DNA from: Escherichia phage YX22
Sequence record: OR776998
Strand: one strand, 5' to 3'
DNA: 64,000 bases
Each line of letters starts with the position of its first letter. Position 1 is the first letter of the stretch. The translations under genes were made by a program, and so were the position numbers. Below are positions 17,982 through 27,201 of the stretch, piece by piece. The notes beneath the pieces are model-generated. The model searched no databases. It was not told the DNA's origin and saw nothing but the letters and a program-made list of their open reading frames with translations.

Positions 17982-18363
17982 TGATATGTGCCTCGTATTG
18001 TTGACAGACAACAACTACTTTACGGCACATGTCGATATCGAACAAGCCAATATGACACTCTTTCTTAGTGATGCCCAGCTTATGCGCCAGCCAACTATAA
18101 GCGTCGCTCCTGCTCCTCTCTCCGCTTTTCCACAATGGGTCAAACGATCTATGGGCTTTTTGCTTCTCGGCACGGAGAGCGGCATTCGCCATCCTTCCCA
18201 GAGGCTGCCTGCCGTCGCCATGGGCATGGCAACCGACACGGGCATCACACGGGGTGCAAACCCAGAACCTCAGATTGCGGAGGTCAGGGCGATGAGGGTA
18301 GAGAACATCACCACCGACGAATTCGGCTGGGAGGCCACAGTAATCACATATAACAGGTTTCAT
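17953..18363 (-). CDS. Hypothetical zinc-finger protein
   Basis: Internal ATG at 18363 (MKPVICDYCG...WVCTPCDARVGCHAHG...): two CxxC pairs plus His; 136 aa. Confidence 0.45.
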   Translation of the reverse strand: MKPVICDYCGLPAEFVGGDVLYPHRPDLRNLRFWVCTPCDARVGCHAHGDGRQPLGRMANAALRAEKQKAHRSFDPLWKSGERSRSDAYSWLAHKLGITKKECHIGLFDIDMCRKVVVVCQQYEAHINVKGNTRSV

Positions 18364-18370
18364 ATTCTTT

Positions 18371-18399
18371 GTCCAAAAGAAACCCCGCACATGGCGGGG
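18371..18399 (-). terminator. Rho-independent terminator
   Basis: Stem CCCCGC/GCGGGG with 5-nt loop; T-run on the minus strand downstream (TTTCTTTTGG). Confidence 0.55.
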
Positions 18400-18423
18400 T
18401 TGCTCAGGCCGAGGCCAACAGGG

Positions 18424-18795
18424 TTATTTCAGCAGCGCTTCCAGTTCTTCAACAGATTTGCTTTCCAGCTCTTGCTGTTTCTTACGCTGGATCAGCTCCA
18501 GGATAATCTGGTTGTTCGCCTTACGCTCTGCCGCTTCTCTGCTGTCGTCACGTTCTTTCAGCTTAACGCCGATGATGTGCTTGACAACGTCGAAGCGCAG
18601 CTGCAGTTCGGAGTCAACGTTGCTTTTGGTGCCAATGAAATCTTCTTCATCGGTTTCTGCTGCTTTCACCTGACGGCTCAGACCTTTCGCCATTTCGTTC
18701 AGGGCAGTCAGGCTCAGGTCCCAGACCTGCTCAACAGACAGCAGACCTTTGTTAGACTCGAAGCGCAGTTTCAGACGGGTTGCTTTATCAAACAT
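18424..18795 (-). CDS. Hypothetical protein
   Basis: 123 aa, ATG start, charged helical composition. Confidence 0.45.
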   Translation of the reverse strand: MFDKATRLKLRFESNKGLLSVEQVWDLSLTALNEMAKGLSRQVKAAETDEEDFIGTKSNVDSELQLRFDVVKHIIGVKLKERDDSREAAERKANNQIILELIQRKKQQELESKSVEELEALLK

Positions 18796-18839
18796 TTTAC
18801 TATCCTCAATGATGAATGGGTCACAATTTCAAATCAGGT

Positions 18840-20858
18840 TTAGAACACAACTTTCACAGTGCGGTTGAACGAACCGCTCACCTTCACGAACACGTGGTTG
18901 CGTTGGGTGGTAGAGAATCCCAGACCGGACAGCTGCTCAGTGCTTGGCTGTACTTTAATCTTACCACCTAACATTTCAAAAACCTTGCGGTGTTTATCAA
19001 GTTCCGGCTTCAGATATTCGTTATAGAAACCACGGGTGCCGACAGGGTTAGCACAACCTTCCAGGATGAAGAACACGTGCTTGTTGCCAGTCTGCTCGCC
19101 GTCCCAATGGTTTGGTGAGTTCAGAACCAGCTGTACCTTCTGGAAGACGGAGGTCTTGATGCCCCAGATTTCCTGAGAGCGAGCGTCGTCTTTCAGGGTA
19201 GAACGGATGTCTACCACTTGTCCAGCGCGGACATCAATCACAACAGCCAGAGTGCGATCTTTGTGCTTCAGGCCAGGATGCGAAAAACGCTTGGTCTGGC
19301 CTTTGTATTCAACTTCGATTTCGAAACCAACGTCACAGGTTTCACGCTTGTTGAAGTTAGTGACATAGAACTCGTACAGACCATCACGCAGCTTGCGTTC
19401 ATCGCTGAAGAAGATGTTCTCCACCGGGCGGCGGTTGGGATCAATGCCGTCCATACCGTTCATGTCGATATCCAGGGTTGCGCCAGTTGCCGAACGACGG
19501 TTGTGATAATACACGTGGTTGTGAAGAGGATCGTTCAGGCTCAGATCCAGATCGTCGTTGTTATGCCAAGCCAGTGACACACGGAGGAAGCTGTCGACAT
19601 TGCCGCCTGCGGTCTTCACGCGCTCTTTGATGGAGTCGGCCACTTCGCCATTGTACGACCAGCTGAAGCCGTTGTTCCACTTGAACAGGTTAGGAGCGCC
19701 TGCGGTGGCCGGAGCGATCAGGGACATCAGGTTGCCAATGTGAGAGTTTTCGACCAGCACTTCCAGGGAATGCGCCTTTGGCAACACGTTGGTCAGGAAG
19801 TCGTCGATCGTGATCTCTTCAACCTTGTCCAGGGACTTGGTCGGAGTCTTCACTTCAGACGCCAGCTGAGCAAACGGGTCCATCTTCTTCTGAGCTGCTA
19901 GGTCGGCGAACAGAACGTTGTTGATGGTCAGATCGTCATACACGGCATAACGGCGACCCAGTGAATCAGTCAGACCCAGCGCTTCGACTTCTTTCTGCGC
20001 GTTTTCAATCATCGACTTCGTGACCAGCGCGGTTGGGCGCTTGTAGTTCGTCGGAGCGACTTTGGCTTCAAAGGACTTCACGGCGGTTTCCAGATCCCGA
20101 CCTTCATTGAGGTCTACCAGCAGAGAGCCAATCACGGTATTACGAATGCCGTGAGGGGTATGACCGTTTGCACGGTAGCCAGTGCGCCAAGCCCACAGAG
20201 CGCGTTTCTCTTCTGCAGTTTGTTCGTACAGGGTCTTGTTCACCACGAACGCCTGCACTGCCGCTTTGTGCTCTTCACCGCGATACAGAGAATTCTGGTC
20301 AATCAATTCCAGAACGATTTCAGCCGATTCCAGAGACAGTTCACGCAGGCCGCGCTCAAACACTTCAATCGCCTGGCGGATTTCACCCTTCTTAGAAGCG
20401 ATGGTATCTGCCCGCAGAACATAGCTGCTCAGCAGGTCGGTGTGGAAGTGGTTGTAGGTGCGGACAATACCGTCTTTCATTTCGTGATTCGACCCAACAC
20501 CAACTTTCTTGGTGTCGTTGAAGTACACATCGACGATTGCGTGCTGCTTAACATATGCTGACAGCGCCGCAGCGACAACGTCGTATTCGTTACCCAGCTG
20601 AATGTTATCCCAGATAGAGATCACGTTCAGGTCGGAGTCGATGGTGACCACACCGCCGATATTACGGATGAATTGTTTACAGCAGGTACAGTCGTGCTCG
20701 GTACGCTCACGATAAAGCGGGTTAGTGCCAGCAGGGAAAGAAGACAGATACAGATCCCACAGAGCATCTTTATCGATGTTGGTCATGAACAGACCAGTTG
20801 CTGACATGGCCAGCACATTGTTGTTAACAGCTACTGCGAAGGGCTTAAATTCTGACAT
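18840..20858 (-). CDS. Hypothetical large protein (672 aa), function unassigned
   Basis: Long minus-strand ORF with ATG start and protein-like composition; the matching plus-strand ORFs look like antisense artefacts. No motif assigned with confidence. Confidence 0.6.
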   Translation of the reverse strand: MSEFKPFAVAVNNNVLAMSATGLFMTNIDKDALWDLYLSSFPAGTNPLYRERTEHDCTCCKQFIRNIGGVVTIDSDLNVISIWDNIQLGNEYDVVAAALSAYVKQHAIVDVYFNDTKKVGVGSNHEMKDGIVRTYNHFHTDLLSSYVLRADTIASKKGEIRQAIEVFERGLRELSLESAEIVLELIDQNSLYRGEEHKAAVQAFVVNKTLYEQTAEEKRALWAWRTGYRANGHTPHGIRNTVIGSLLVDLNEGRDLETAVKSFEAKVAPTNYKRPTALVTKSMIENAQKEVEALGLTDSLGRRYAVYDDLTINNVLFADLAAQKKMDPFAQLASEVKTPTKSLDKVEEITIDDFLTNVLPKAHSLEVLVENSHIGNLMSLIAPATAGAPNLFKWNNGFSWSYNGEVADSIKERVKTAGGNVDSFLRVSLAWHNNDDLDLSLNDPLHNHVYYHNRRSATGATLDIDMNGMDGIDPNRRPVENIFFSDERKLRDGLYEFYVTNFNKRETCDVGFEIEVEYKGQTKRFSHPGLKHKDRTLAVVIDVRAGQVVDIRSTLKDDARSQEIWGIKTSVFQKVQLVLNSPNHWDGEQTGNKHVFFILEGCANPVGTRGFYNEYLKPELDKHRKVFEMLGGKIKVQPSTEQLSGLGFSTTQRNHVFVKVSGSFNRTVKVVF

Positions 20859-20973
20859 GGTGTAGTCTTCCTGTTTCAGTTCAAATGTGCGCCCCGTTTG
20901 CCAGGGCGCTTCGTTTAAGTGAGGTCAATAATACGTTGAAAAGAGTTATTGAAGAACGAAGTAAAGGGAATCT

Positions 20974-22194
20974 TTATTCAGGTTTCTTCAAACGGTCCAG
21001 CAAATTGACGGAACCACGTTTGAGCACGACTTCATCACAGCGCTTTTTGTATTCCCCACCGCCGTCATATCCAACCTTCCCGCGCGGTTTTTTACCTTTC
21101 TGTATGGCCTCTACACAACGGGTGTACTTGCTCAGTTCACAGAACATGTTCTCCAGCTGCATAACGTTCATGCACTGATCTACAGGCTCTTCGGCCGACC
21201 AGAATTTCTCGCGAACATACCCATATTGGGAGTACACTGCGTCCTGGTTGTCCCGTAGCCAGAAGATGCATTCTTCGTGGGTCATGCCATCTTTGTCCTG
21301 GAACATCAGATCAATCCCTGCGCGACAGCCTGGTCCAGCAACCGTGAAGTGGTTCTCACTGAAAGGATATCCAGGAATGTACGTGAAATCAACCCAGATC
21401 TGGTAGGCCAGGAATGGACCAAGCCCTTCGATGTCGTCATACATGCGCTGGTATACTTCCAGAGGAGTACCAAGGCGCAGCAAGTCATGGAAATAGTTTG
21501 GATACTTGTTGGCGAATGCCTTCAGGGAACGGATAACACGCATTGGCATGTACGGCTCCCAGCCTTCTATGGTGTAGAAGTCCGGCTCTGCTTCAGCAAT
21601 AGCCTTGGCTTCCTTATAATCCATGTTCTGGGTCGAACCGTCCTTACAGATCAGGTTCACCATCATCCCACCGAAGCGCTGCTCTTTGTGGTTGACAACC
21701 AACTCAGGGAAAGCCAGGCATTGCTTCAGACCACCTGTGTTGAAGGCATTGGTGAATACTTTACCGCCGTCGGCCTCGAACTTCTGAAGTCGTTCGCGGG
21801 TTGCGTCAAGGTTGATCTTGGCGAATTCTTTGATCGTCATCGCGCCGCCGATAGCCTGAATTGGATCCCAGAGGTTGAACATGCGAAACATCACGCAGTT
21901 GAACATCTTGTCGGCCATACCCAGAGCATCGTTGTTGACGATGTTGTTGATCAGGTTGAGAGACTGCCTGTCGTGCTCTCTCCGGACGTTACAGAACTTG
22001 ACCTGCCGTAATATGGAATTATCAGTCCAAGGAGCAGGAAGGCGCTGGACGTCCTTCTTGACGTGGATCTGATAACGATCGCGCATCCATTCGTAAGACA
22101 GGCAGGTATGGGTCGGACTGAGAACCGGTTTGGCCGACTTTATCTTTTCTTCACGGACACCGCAGTACGGGACGTCTAGGGCTTTATCTTTCAT
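20974..22194 (-). CDS. Hypothetical protein (406 aa), function unassigned
   Basis: Long ORF with ATG start; no confident motif; possibly a nucleotide or DNA-modification enzyme (speculative). Confidence 0.55.
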   Translation of the reverse strand: MKDKALDVPYCGVREEKIKSAKPVLSPTHTCLSYEWMRDRYQIHVKKDVQRLPAPWTDNSILRQVKFCNVRREHDRQSLNLINNIVNNDALGMADKMFNCVMFRMFNLWDPIQAIGGAMTIKEFAKINLDATRERLQKFEADGGKVFTNAFNTGGLKQCLAFPELVVNHKEQRFGGMMVNLICKDGSTQNMDYKEAKAIAEAEPDFYTIEGWEPYMPMRVIRSLKAFANKYPNYFHDLLRLGTPLEVYQRMYDDIEGLGPFLAYQIWVDFTYIPGYPFSENHFTVAGPGCRAGIDLMFQDKDGMTHEECIFWLRDNQDAVYSQYGYVREKFWSAEEPVDQCMNVMQLENMFCELSKYTRCVEAIQKGKKPRGKVGYDGGGEYKKRCDEVVLKRGSVNLLDRLKKPE

Positions 22195-22262
22195 GGTATC
22201 CTCTTAAAATACGAAAACAGAGGCCATTATAGCCTCTGTTGTTTAGTGAACAACTGTATATC

Positions 22263-23135
22263 TTAATCGATACGGGTCAATTGGGTGATAGATGATTGCA
22301 CTGGGCTGGCCACATAGATACGGACGTTGGCTTTCCATTCACCCCAGATCAACGGCAGAGTTGGGAAGTTGTCTTCATTGAAAACAAACACGGGAATGTA
22401 GCTCTCGACTGTTTCGCCAGAGAACGCCTGGAAGCCCATCTTGGTGTATCCCACGATCTCGTCAATAAAATCGAACGGAGCGAAGGCAACACCAGCGTGT
22501 TCGTTAGAACCGAGCTGGCCTGGAATGGCCGTACCCGTCAGAATGATTTCAGTGATCTGGCGCTTAGGCTCGGCGGTCAACATATCAGAGAAGTCAGGCT
22601 CTTTGAAGGTTGCCATGTTCTTCAGGAACTTGCCAGCCGGGTATTCTTTGCCGTCGACGGTGATGGTGTCCACCACTTTGATGCACGCCTGAGGGAATTC
22701 CCCTTCGATGCGTAGACTTTCGCGTGGGAATCCTTTGTTGTAGTAGTAATCCAGTGCTGGCACAACTTCACCTTCATTGCGAATGAACTTGCTCATGTTA
22801 GAGGCATACACGCGCTGTAAGCATTCGTCGCCGTCGAAACCAGCAATATGAGCCAAACCGTCGTTGACTGTTGTGATGTCGCCCTGGGCATCCATGATCT
22901 GGCGCATAATGTCTTTGATGTCGACAACAACAGGTTCTTTCAGGACTCGCGGAGATGCAGTGAACTCAATTTTCACCTCGTGGTCGAAATACGCCGCTTC
23001 CAGCAGTTCACGGGTTTCTTCCAGCACCAGTTTCGCCTGATTGCGGATCTTACCAAAGTCGGGCGATGTGACGTCGCCCTTTGCATTACCGAAAGCCAGA
23101 TTCAGATTCACGTTCTTGGAAAATGTAGTTGTCAT
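22263..23135 (-). CDS. Hypothetical protein (290 aa)
   Basis: ORF with ATG start; acidic helical N-terminus (LVLEETRELLEAAYFDHE). Confidence 0.5.
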   Translation of the reverse strand: MTTTFSKNVNLNLAFGNAKGDVTSPDFGKIRNQAKLVLEETRELLEAAYFDHEVKIEFTASPRVLKEPVVVDIKDIMRQIMDAQGDITTVNDGLAHIAGFDGDECLQRVYASNMSKFIRNEGEVVPALDYYYNKGFPRESLRIEGEFPQACIKVVDTITVDGKEYPAGKFLKNMATFKEPDFSDMLTAEPKRQITEIILTGTAIPGQLGSNEHAGVAFAPFDFIDEIVGYTKMGFQAFSGETVESYIPVFVFNEDNFPTLPLIWGEWKANVRIYVASPVQSSITQLTRID

Positions 23136-23151
23136 GATTTAGCGACTCCAG

Positions 23152-23616
23152 TTATTCGCTTTTTGCCTTCGTAGGCCGGATGATGTATTTTGGAACCAGT
23201 TTCCATTCAGGAACCTGATCGTGTTTAACCACTTTAATGCGAGACATATCGGCTGCTTCAGTGACCTGCTCAGGATGAATGACCTTCACCATGTTCCACT
23301 GCTCCAGCAGCTTGATGATTCGGTTCATCCTCAGGACATCTTCGCGGTTAAATCCGTTGTAATGCCCGTCCAGCATAAATAGATGCTTGAAGTGGACGAT
23401 ATAATACTTGCCACACTTATGAAGAATATGGCAAGTCTGATACAGAGTATTCGGCTCTTGGCGCGTGTTTACCCCAATTCGACTCAGTGTTTCCTTGATC
23501 CCCAGGAATATACCTGGCCGATCTTGGTTCAATTGAACTTCAACCATACAATCAACGATGCTGGCCTCATCGTTGACTGCTGAAATATTCAATATGTCTA
23601 GCGTATTACGCGCCAT
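23152..23616 (-). CDS. regA: RegA translational repressor
   Basis: 154 aa; LYQTCHILHKCGKYYIVHFKHLFMLDG and C-terminal EWKLVPKYI match T4 RegA (LYQSCHILQKKGLYYIVHFKEMLRMDG ... EWKLVPKYTIGN); lies downstream of 62 as in T4. Confidence 0.9.
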   Translation of the reverse strand: MARNTLDILNISAVNDEASIVDCMVEVQLNQDRPGIFLGIKETLSRIGVNTRQEPNTLYQTCHILHKCGKYYIVHFKHLFMLDGHYNGFNREDVLRMNRIIKLLEQWNMVKVIHPEQVTEAADMSRIKVVKHDQVPEWKLVPKYIIRPTKAKSE

Positions 23617-23645
23617 GACTCATTCCCCTTTTACAATAGTTTGAA

Positions 23646-24068
23646 CTATTTAGCCTTGCGCGGTTTCGCTTTGGCGTTCAGCTCAGTGCGTCTCATCTTC
23701 TCGCGTATCTCGGCCAGGACTTCCTTCGGCAAGAAACGGACGTACTCCGATGCCTTCTCCATGCTGATGTAGAAGTACTCTGAGAGTAACTTCACGTCAG
23801 GATCAATCGGACCTTTCTTAGACCATTTGTCGTAGCGTTTCCGAGCCGGAATGGTGTAAAAGGCATATGACCATTGCATCCATGGAGTGATAGCATGTAG
23901 CTTATTCATCTGTTGCGCAGCCACTAGAGTGTCTTTGCTCTGAGCTAAACCACGCCGCGTCATAAACGGGTCGAATCCTTTCAACACTTCTGGGTCATCA
24001 GACCGCAAAAGGTTTTCTTTGCTGCTGTTCAGAGCAGCCAGGTAATCGAACAATCCAAGGGCGGCCAT
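23646..24068 (-). CDS. 62: Clamp-loader small subunit gp62
   Basis: Internal ATG at 24068 (MAALGLFDY...); PARKRYDKWSKK matches T4 gp62 PRGKRYGKWAK; sits between 44 and regA. Confidence 0.75.
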   Translation of the reverse strand: MAALGLFDYLAALNSSKENLLRSDDPEVLKGFDPFMTRRGLAQSKDTLVAAQQMNKLHAITPWMQWSYAFYTIPARKRYDKWSKKGPIDPDVKLLSEYFYISMEKASEYVRFLPKEVLAEIREKMRRTELNAKAKPRKAK

Positions 24069-24072
24069 AATA

Positions 24073-25062
24073 TCACTTCCACTTGATGTTGAGCATGACA
24101 TTGGTCAGGAAAAACACAGCATGCAGCCAGACATCGCCGACTTGACGGTGTTCAATCTGAGACTGACCACATACGCATACTAGATCAGGGATAGACTCAT
24201 TCTGAACCAACATTTGCTTCTCTTTATCCTGTGGTACACAGAACTGGAAGAAGCGGGAATAGAAGTCTTCAGTGATATAGTTCTGGTTGTCGGTCACCCA
24301 CTGCTTCATCCCAGCCCAGTCATTATCCTTCAACATATTCACCAACATGCCCATATCGGCCGATTTTAACACAGCCAGTGCACGTTCGTCGATCTTGCCG
24401 TAAGTGGTGACGTTATCCTGTAGAACACCCATGATGCGGCGGTTATCAGGGAAATGGCGCTTGACAATAGCAGCCAACACAGGAGGGTCATACTCAACAC
24501 CTTCGCAGCGAAGGATTTCAGCACAGCGGCGCATGAACTGAAGTTTGACCTCATCAGCCTCGGTCTCATTCCAGATAAAGTCGATTTCACGGCAACGAGA
24601 GCGCAGAGGTTCGTTCACACGTTGCTTGGCGTTGGTGGTCAAGATGAATGAACAGTTCTTGGAGACCTTCTCCACAATACCCTTCAGCGACTCCTGTGCC
24701 GCCATAGACAGACGCTCTACTTCGTCGAGGATAACGACTTTGCGGCCACCGAATACGCTCACACCAGTAGAGTACTGAATCACGCGGTCACGGATAACGT
24801 CGATGCTGTTGTCCAGGGATGCGTTGATCATCAGTGGTTGCTTACAACCGATTTCATTACACACGGCCAGGGCGGAGGTAGTCTTGCCAGTACCAGGCTG
24901 AGGGGAGTAGAACAGCATAGACGGGATGTTGCCGTTGCCGCTGGTGATGTAGCCATGGATTTTAGCGCGGACGTCTTGAGGGATGATAATCTCGTCCAGG
25001 TTGTCAGGGCGGAAACGGTTCTCCCAGGCGTACTGGTCTTTTACAATCGTGATATTAGACAT
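24073..25062 (-). CDS. 44: Clamp-loader large subunit gp44 (AAA+ ATPase)
   Basis: 329 aa; Walker A SPQPGTGKTTSALAV; Walker B ILDEVE; its ATG overlaps the stop of the upstream homing endonuclease gene by 1 nt. Confidence 0.9.
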   Translation of the reverse strand: MSNITIVKDQYAWENRFRPDNLDEIIIPQDVRAKIHGYITSGNGNIPSMLFYSPQPGTGKTTSALAVCNEIGCKQPLMINASLDNSIDVIRDRVIQYSTGVSVFGGRKVVILDEVERLSMAAQESLKGIVEKVSKNCSFILTTNAKQRVNEPLRSRCREIDFIWNETEADEVKLQFMRRCAEILRCEGVEYDPPVLAAIVKRHFPDNRRIMGVLQDNVTTYGKIDERALAVLKSADMGMLVNMLKDNDWAGMKQWVTDNQNYITEDFYSRFFQFCVPQDKEKQMLVQNESIPDLVCVCGQSQIEHRQVGDVWLHAVFFLTNVMLNIKWK

Positions 25063-25718
25063 TATGTATTTCCATGATATAGTTTACAGAACAGAACCCA
25101 AGCGTCGTCATCATACGGGTTCCAGCCCTCTTTGAATTTGTTTAACATACTCGTTGCGGTGTTCTCTTTGATAGAGAACAAACGGGCAATTCTATGGCAC
25201 CCATCACCAGTAGAAACCCAGTGATCATACACTACCCCAGCCTTTAACCACATCGGTCTGGTGTTGTGTAGCAGCGCAGCCCCGGTGTCCCAGGGTTTTA
25301 TTCCTGCGGCGGGGTGGCTTTTACCAGTTCTTCCGTGCATGGGATGAAGATTCCCAGACTTACCCTTCAACCAACTCGAGACACCAACTCGGTGATGTTT
25401 GGGTCCCGCTGACCTACCGTTGGCGATACCACAACCCAGTGGCTGAAATGATTTGTTTAAACATTTTGGGTGATCAATGTTCTCACTAATCAACTGCTGC
25501 TCTCTCCAATATGCTTCTTCTGGGGAGTCAAACAGTTCTACGAATTCTACATCAAAGAAATCAGAACCTTTCTTAGATATGATTTCCTTGACTGTTTGTG
25601 AAGAAGTGAAATATGAAGTGAACAATTGTAAAGGATGTGCACCCAATTTCGTTCTAGAACCAAAATAGAAAGAACCATCCTTCCCTAACAAATGATATAC
25701 AAACGGTTGGTTCCTCAT
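25062..25718 (-). CDS. GIY-YIG family homing endonuclease (Seg-like), free-standing between genes 45 and 44
   Basis: ATG at 25718 preceded by GAGG (5-nt spacer); N-terminal PFVYHLLGKDGSFYFGSRT (GIY...YIG module); C-terminal basic G/K/H-rich repeats resembling NUMOD-like DNA-binding motifs; T4 has rpbA at this position. Confidence 0.65.
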   Translation of the reverse strand: MRNQPFVYHLLGKDGSFYFGSRTKLGAHPLQLFTSYFTSSQTVKEIISKKGSDFFDVEFVELFDSPEEAYWREQQLISENIDHPKCLNKSFQPLGCGIANGRSAGPKHHRVGVSSWLKGKSGNLHPMHGRTGKSHPAAGIKPWDTGAALLHNTRPMWLKAGVVYDHWVSTGDGCHRIARLFSIKENTATSMLNKFKEGWNPYDDDAWVLFCKLYHGNT

Positions 25719-25751
25719 TTCAGCCTCGTGTAGAAGAATCATTTCAAATAG

Positions 25752-25770
25752 GCGGGGAACGCCCCCGCCC
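25752..25770 (-). terminator. Hairpin between gene 45 and the homing endonuclease gene
   Basis: Stem GGCGGGG/CCCCGCC with 5-nt loop, followed on the minus strand by TATTTGAAATG; a TGcTATAAT-like -10 sequence sits just upstream on the minus strand (about 25775-25786). Confidence 0.5.
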
Positions 25771-25799
25771 ACACATTATAGCATCAGGCTGGAGATTGA

Positions 25800-26468
25800 T
25801 TACTCAATCTGTGCGCCGACGAAGTAATTGATCGTCGCGTCGGATGATTGGAAGTTCACCATCTGTAGATCAGCACATGCACGCAGAGTGTAGTTGCCTT
25901 CGATCATTTTCAGGTTGGCAACATCCAGCGGCATTACGAAGTCCGGCAGCGCGGTTTCGCCCAGCTCAACAGTGTAGTTGTTGGAGTTGTCCAGGGTAGT
26001 GGTGGTTGCAACCAGGCGTGTTTTGCCACCCTGAGCAACCAGGCGCACAGTCTTGTGTCCGAGGGTAGAACAGGCGCGGGTCAGTTCTTTCATCTTCTCT
26101 GGAGTGATGATCGCTTCAAAGTCGACAGACGGCAGCTCAATGGTGTCAGCCGGAACAACAGTGAGTTCTTTAGCAGAACGCCAGAATTGCAGCTGAGAAC
26201 TTTCGCCCTTCAACAGGATGTAGTCCTGATGGAATTCGGCTTTGGCACCTTTGAAGGAAGGTAGGCGCTGGATGGCCAGAAGTTTGGTCAGGTCCAGAAT
26301 CGGGAACTCAAACGGGAAGTCTTCTTCGATCTGCGCCACGGCGATCACAGTAGAAGAATCATTAATACTGCGCAGCATCTTGCCCGGTGTCAGAACGATA
26401 GATGGGTTGATGGTCTCAAAGTTGGCCAGCAACTGAAGTGTACGTTCGGAGAGAGTGATCTCTTGCAT
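25800..26468 (-). CDS. 45: Sliding clamp gp45
   Basis: 222 aa; begins MQEITLSERTLQLLANFETINPSIVL, parallel to T4 gp45 (MKLSKDTTALLKNFATINSGIML); length and position agree. Confidence 0.9.
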   Translation of the reverse strand: MQEITLSERTLQLLANFETINPSIVLTPGKMLRSINDSSTVIAVAQIEEDFPFEFPILDLTKLLAIQRLPSFKGAKAEFHQDYILLKGESSQLQFWRSAKELTVVPADTIELPSVDFEAIITPEKMKELTRACSTLGHKTVRLVAQGGKTRLVATTTTLDNSNNYTVELGETALPDFVMPLDVANLKMIEGNYTLRACADLQMVNFQSSDATINYFVGAQIE

Positions 26469-26578
26469 TTGTATGTATCCTCAAAATATAGTGGGGGTTC
26501 AAGTCATGTTTGACGAAATCTAGTATCGCTGTGTTTTGCTTATAGAACAAGTGGCAAATTGCGCTACGCGTTATTAAT

Positions 26579-26595
26579 AAATGCCTTCGGCATTT
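26579..26595. other. Small hairpin (AAATGCC-ttc-GGCATTT) in the gene 45 upstream region
   Basis: Perfect 7-bp inverted repeat in the AT-rich intergenic region. Confidence 0.4.
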
Positions 26596-26600
26596 ATGGA

Positions 26601-26650
26601 CTTTATTAAAGATAATAACCTTTATTAAAGATAATAATCTTTATTAATCC
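26601..26650. repeat. Tandem direct repeat, 19-bp unit CTTTATTAAAGATAATAA(C/T), about 2.6 copies
   Basis: Read directly: ctttattaaagataataac ctttattaaagataataat ctttattaatcc, inside the 360-bp AT-rich intergenic region upstream of gene 45. Confidence 0.8.
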
Positions 26651-26829
26651 TATTCGCTTCGCTCATAAAACAAATACTCGTTGTTCGCTAACGCTCACAA
26701 CTCGTATAATACCACGCCATTGTTCAACAAGAAAGCAGTTTTTATTCAACAGCAAAATTAATTTATTTGGTCTAAACATGCACGCGAAATAATATGTATG
26801 TCATGTTAACCAACACACGAGAGTAATAT

Positions 26830-27201
26830 ATGAAACAGTTCGTAGGATTATACGCAGTTGGGTGTAGTAAGCCAGACGCCAACCTCACCACAGGTCAATT
26901 TATCACAGGCACCCCAGTTTATCTGACACAGCTGGCGTCAGACAAGAACTTACCATCGGAGCCGCGATTTGTCCCCCTTGGCTTGATGACAGGCCTGAAA
27001 GTTGGTCTGTATGTTGGCGTTGTGACGTTTGATAACGGCATCGAAGCGAAGGTTCTGCCATTCCAATTGAACAGCGAACAAATGCTGAAGGATACGATCA
27101 GTGAACACCTGAACGCACAATGTCTGGCTTCTCTGGACAAATTGTTCGGTGTAGTAACTGATGAAGGCGAGGCCACCCCCGCCTATGTGAATCAAGATTA
27201 A
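26830..27201 (+). CDS. Hypothetical protein (plus strand)
   Basis: 123 aa ORF with ATG start and GAGAG upstream; convergent with uvsW; minus-strand ORFs over this span look like antisense artefacts. Confidence 0.5.
   Translation: MKQFVGLYAVGCSKPDANLTTGQFITGTPVYLTQLASDKNLPSEPRFVPLGLMTGLKVGLYVGVVTFDNGIEAKVLPFQLNSEQMLKDTISEHLNAQCLASLDKLFGVVTDEGEATPAYVNQD

Noticed and set aside
17986-18843. 285-aa plus-strand ORF
   Set aside because: Antisense to three minus-strand genes with credible starts and a terminator; F/L/R/Q-rich antisense signature.
18840-20858. ATP-dependent DNA ligase or split DNA polymerase in the 672-aa ORF
   Set aside because: The EMKDGIVR segment lacks the spacing of ligase motif I (KxDGxR), and no polymerase motifs (YGDTDS, DxxSLYPS) are present in this or the neighbouring ORFs.
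21277-22011. 244-aa plus-strand ORF
   Set aside because: Antisense shadow of the 406-aa minus-strand gene.
25060-25078. 6-codon mini-ORF (MEIHNV) preceded by ACTATATC inside the homing endonuclease gene 3' end
   Set aside because: Too short and embedded in another coding frame; probably a chance occurrence of the start-context motif, though it could contribute to coupling with the gp44 start.
26601-26650. Possible CRISPR array
   Set aside because: Only 2.6 copies of a 19-bp AT-rich unit in direct tandem with no spacers; inconsistent with CRISPR repeat-spacer architecture.
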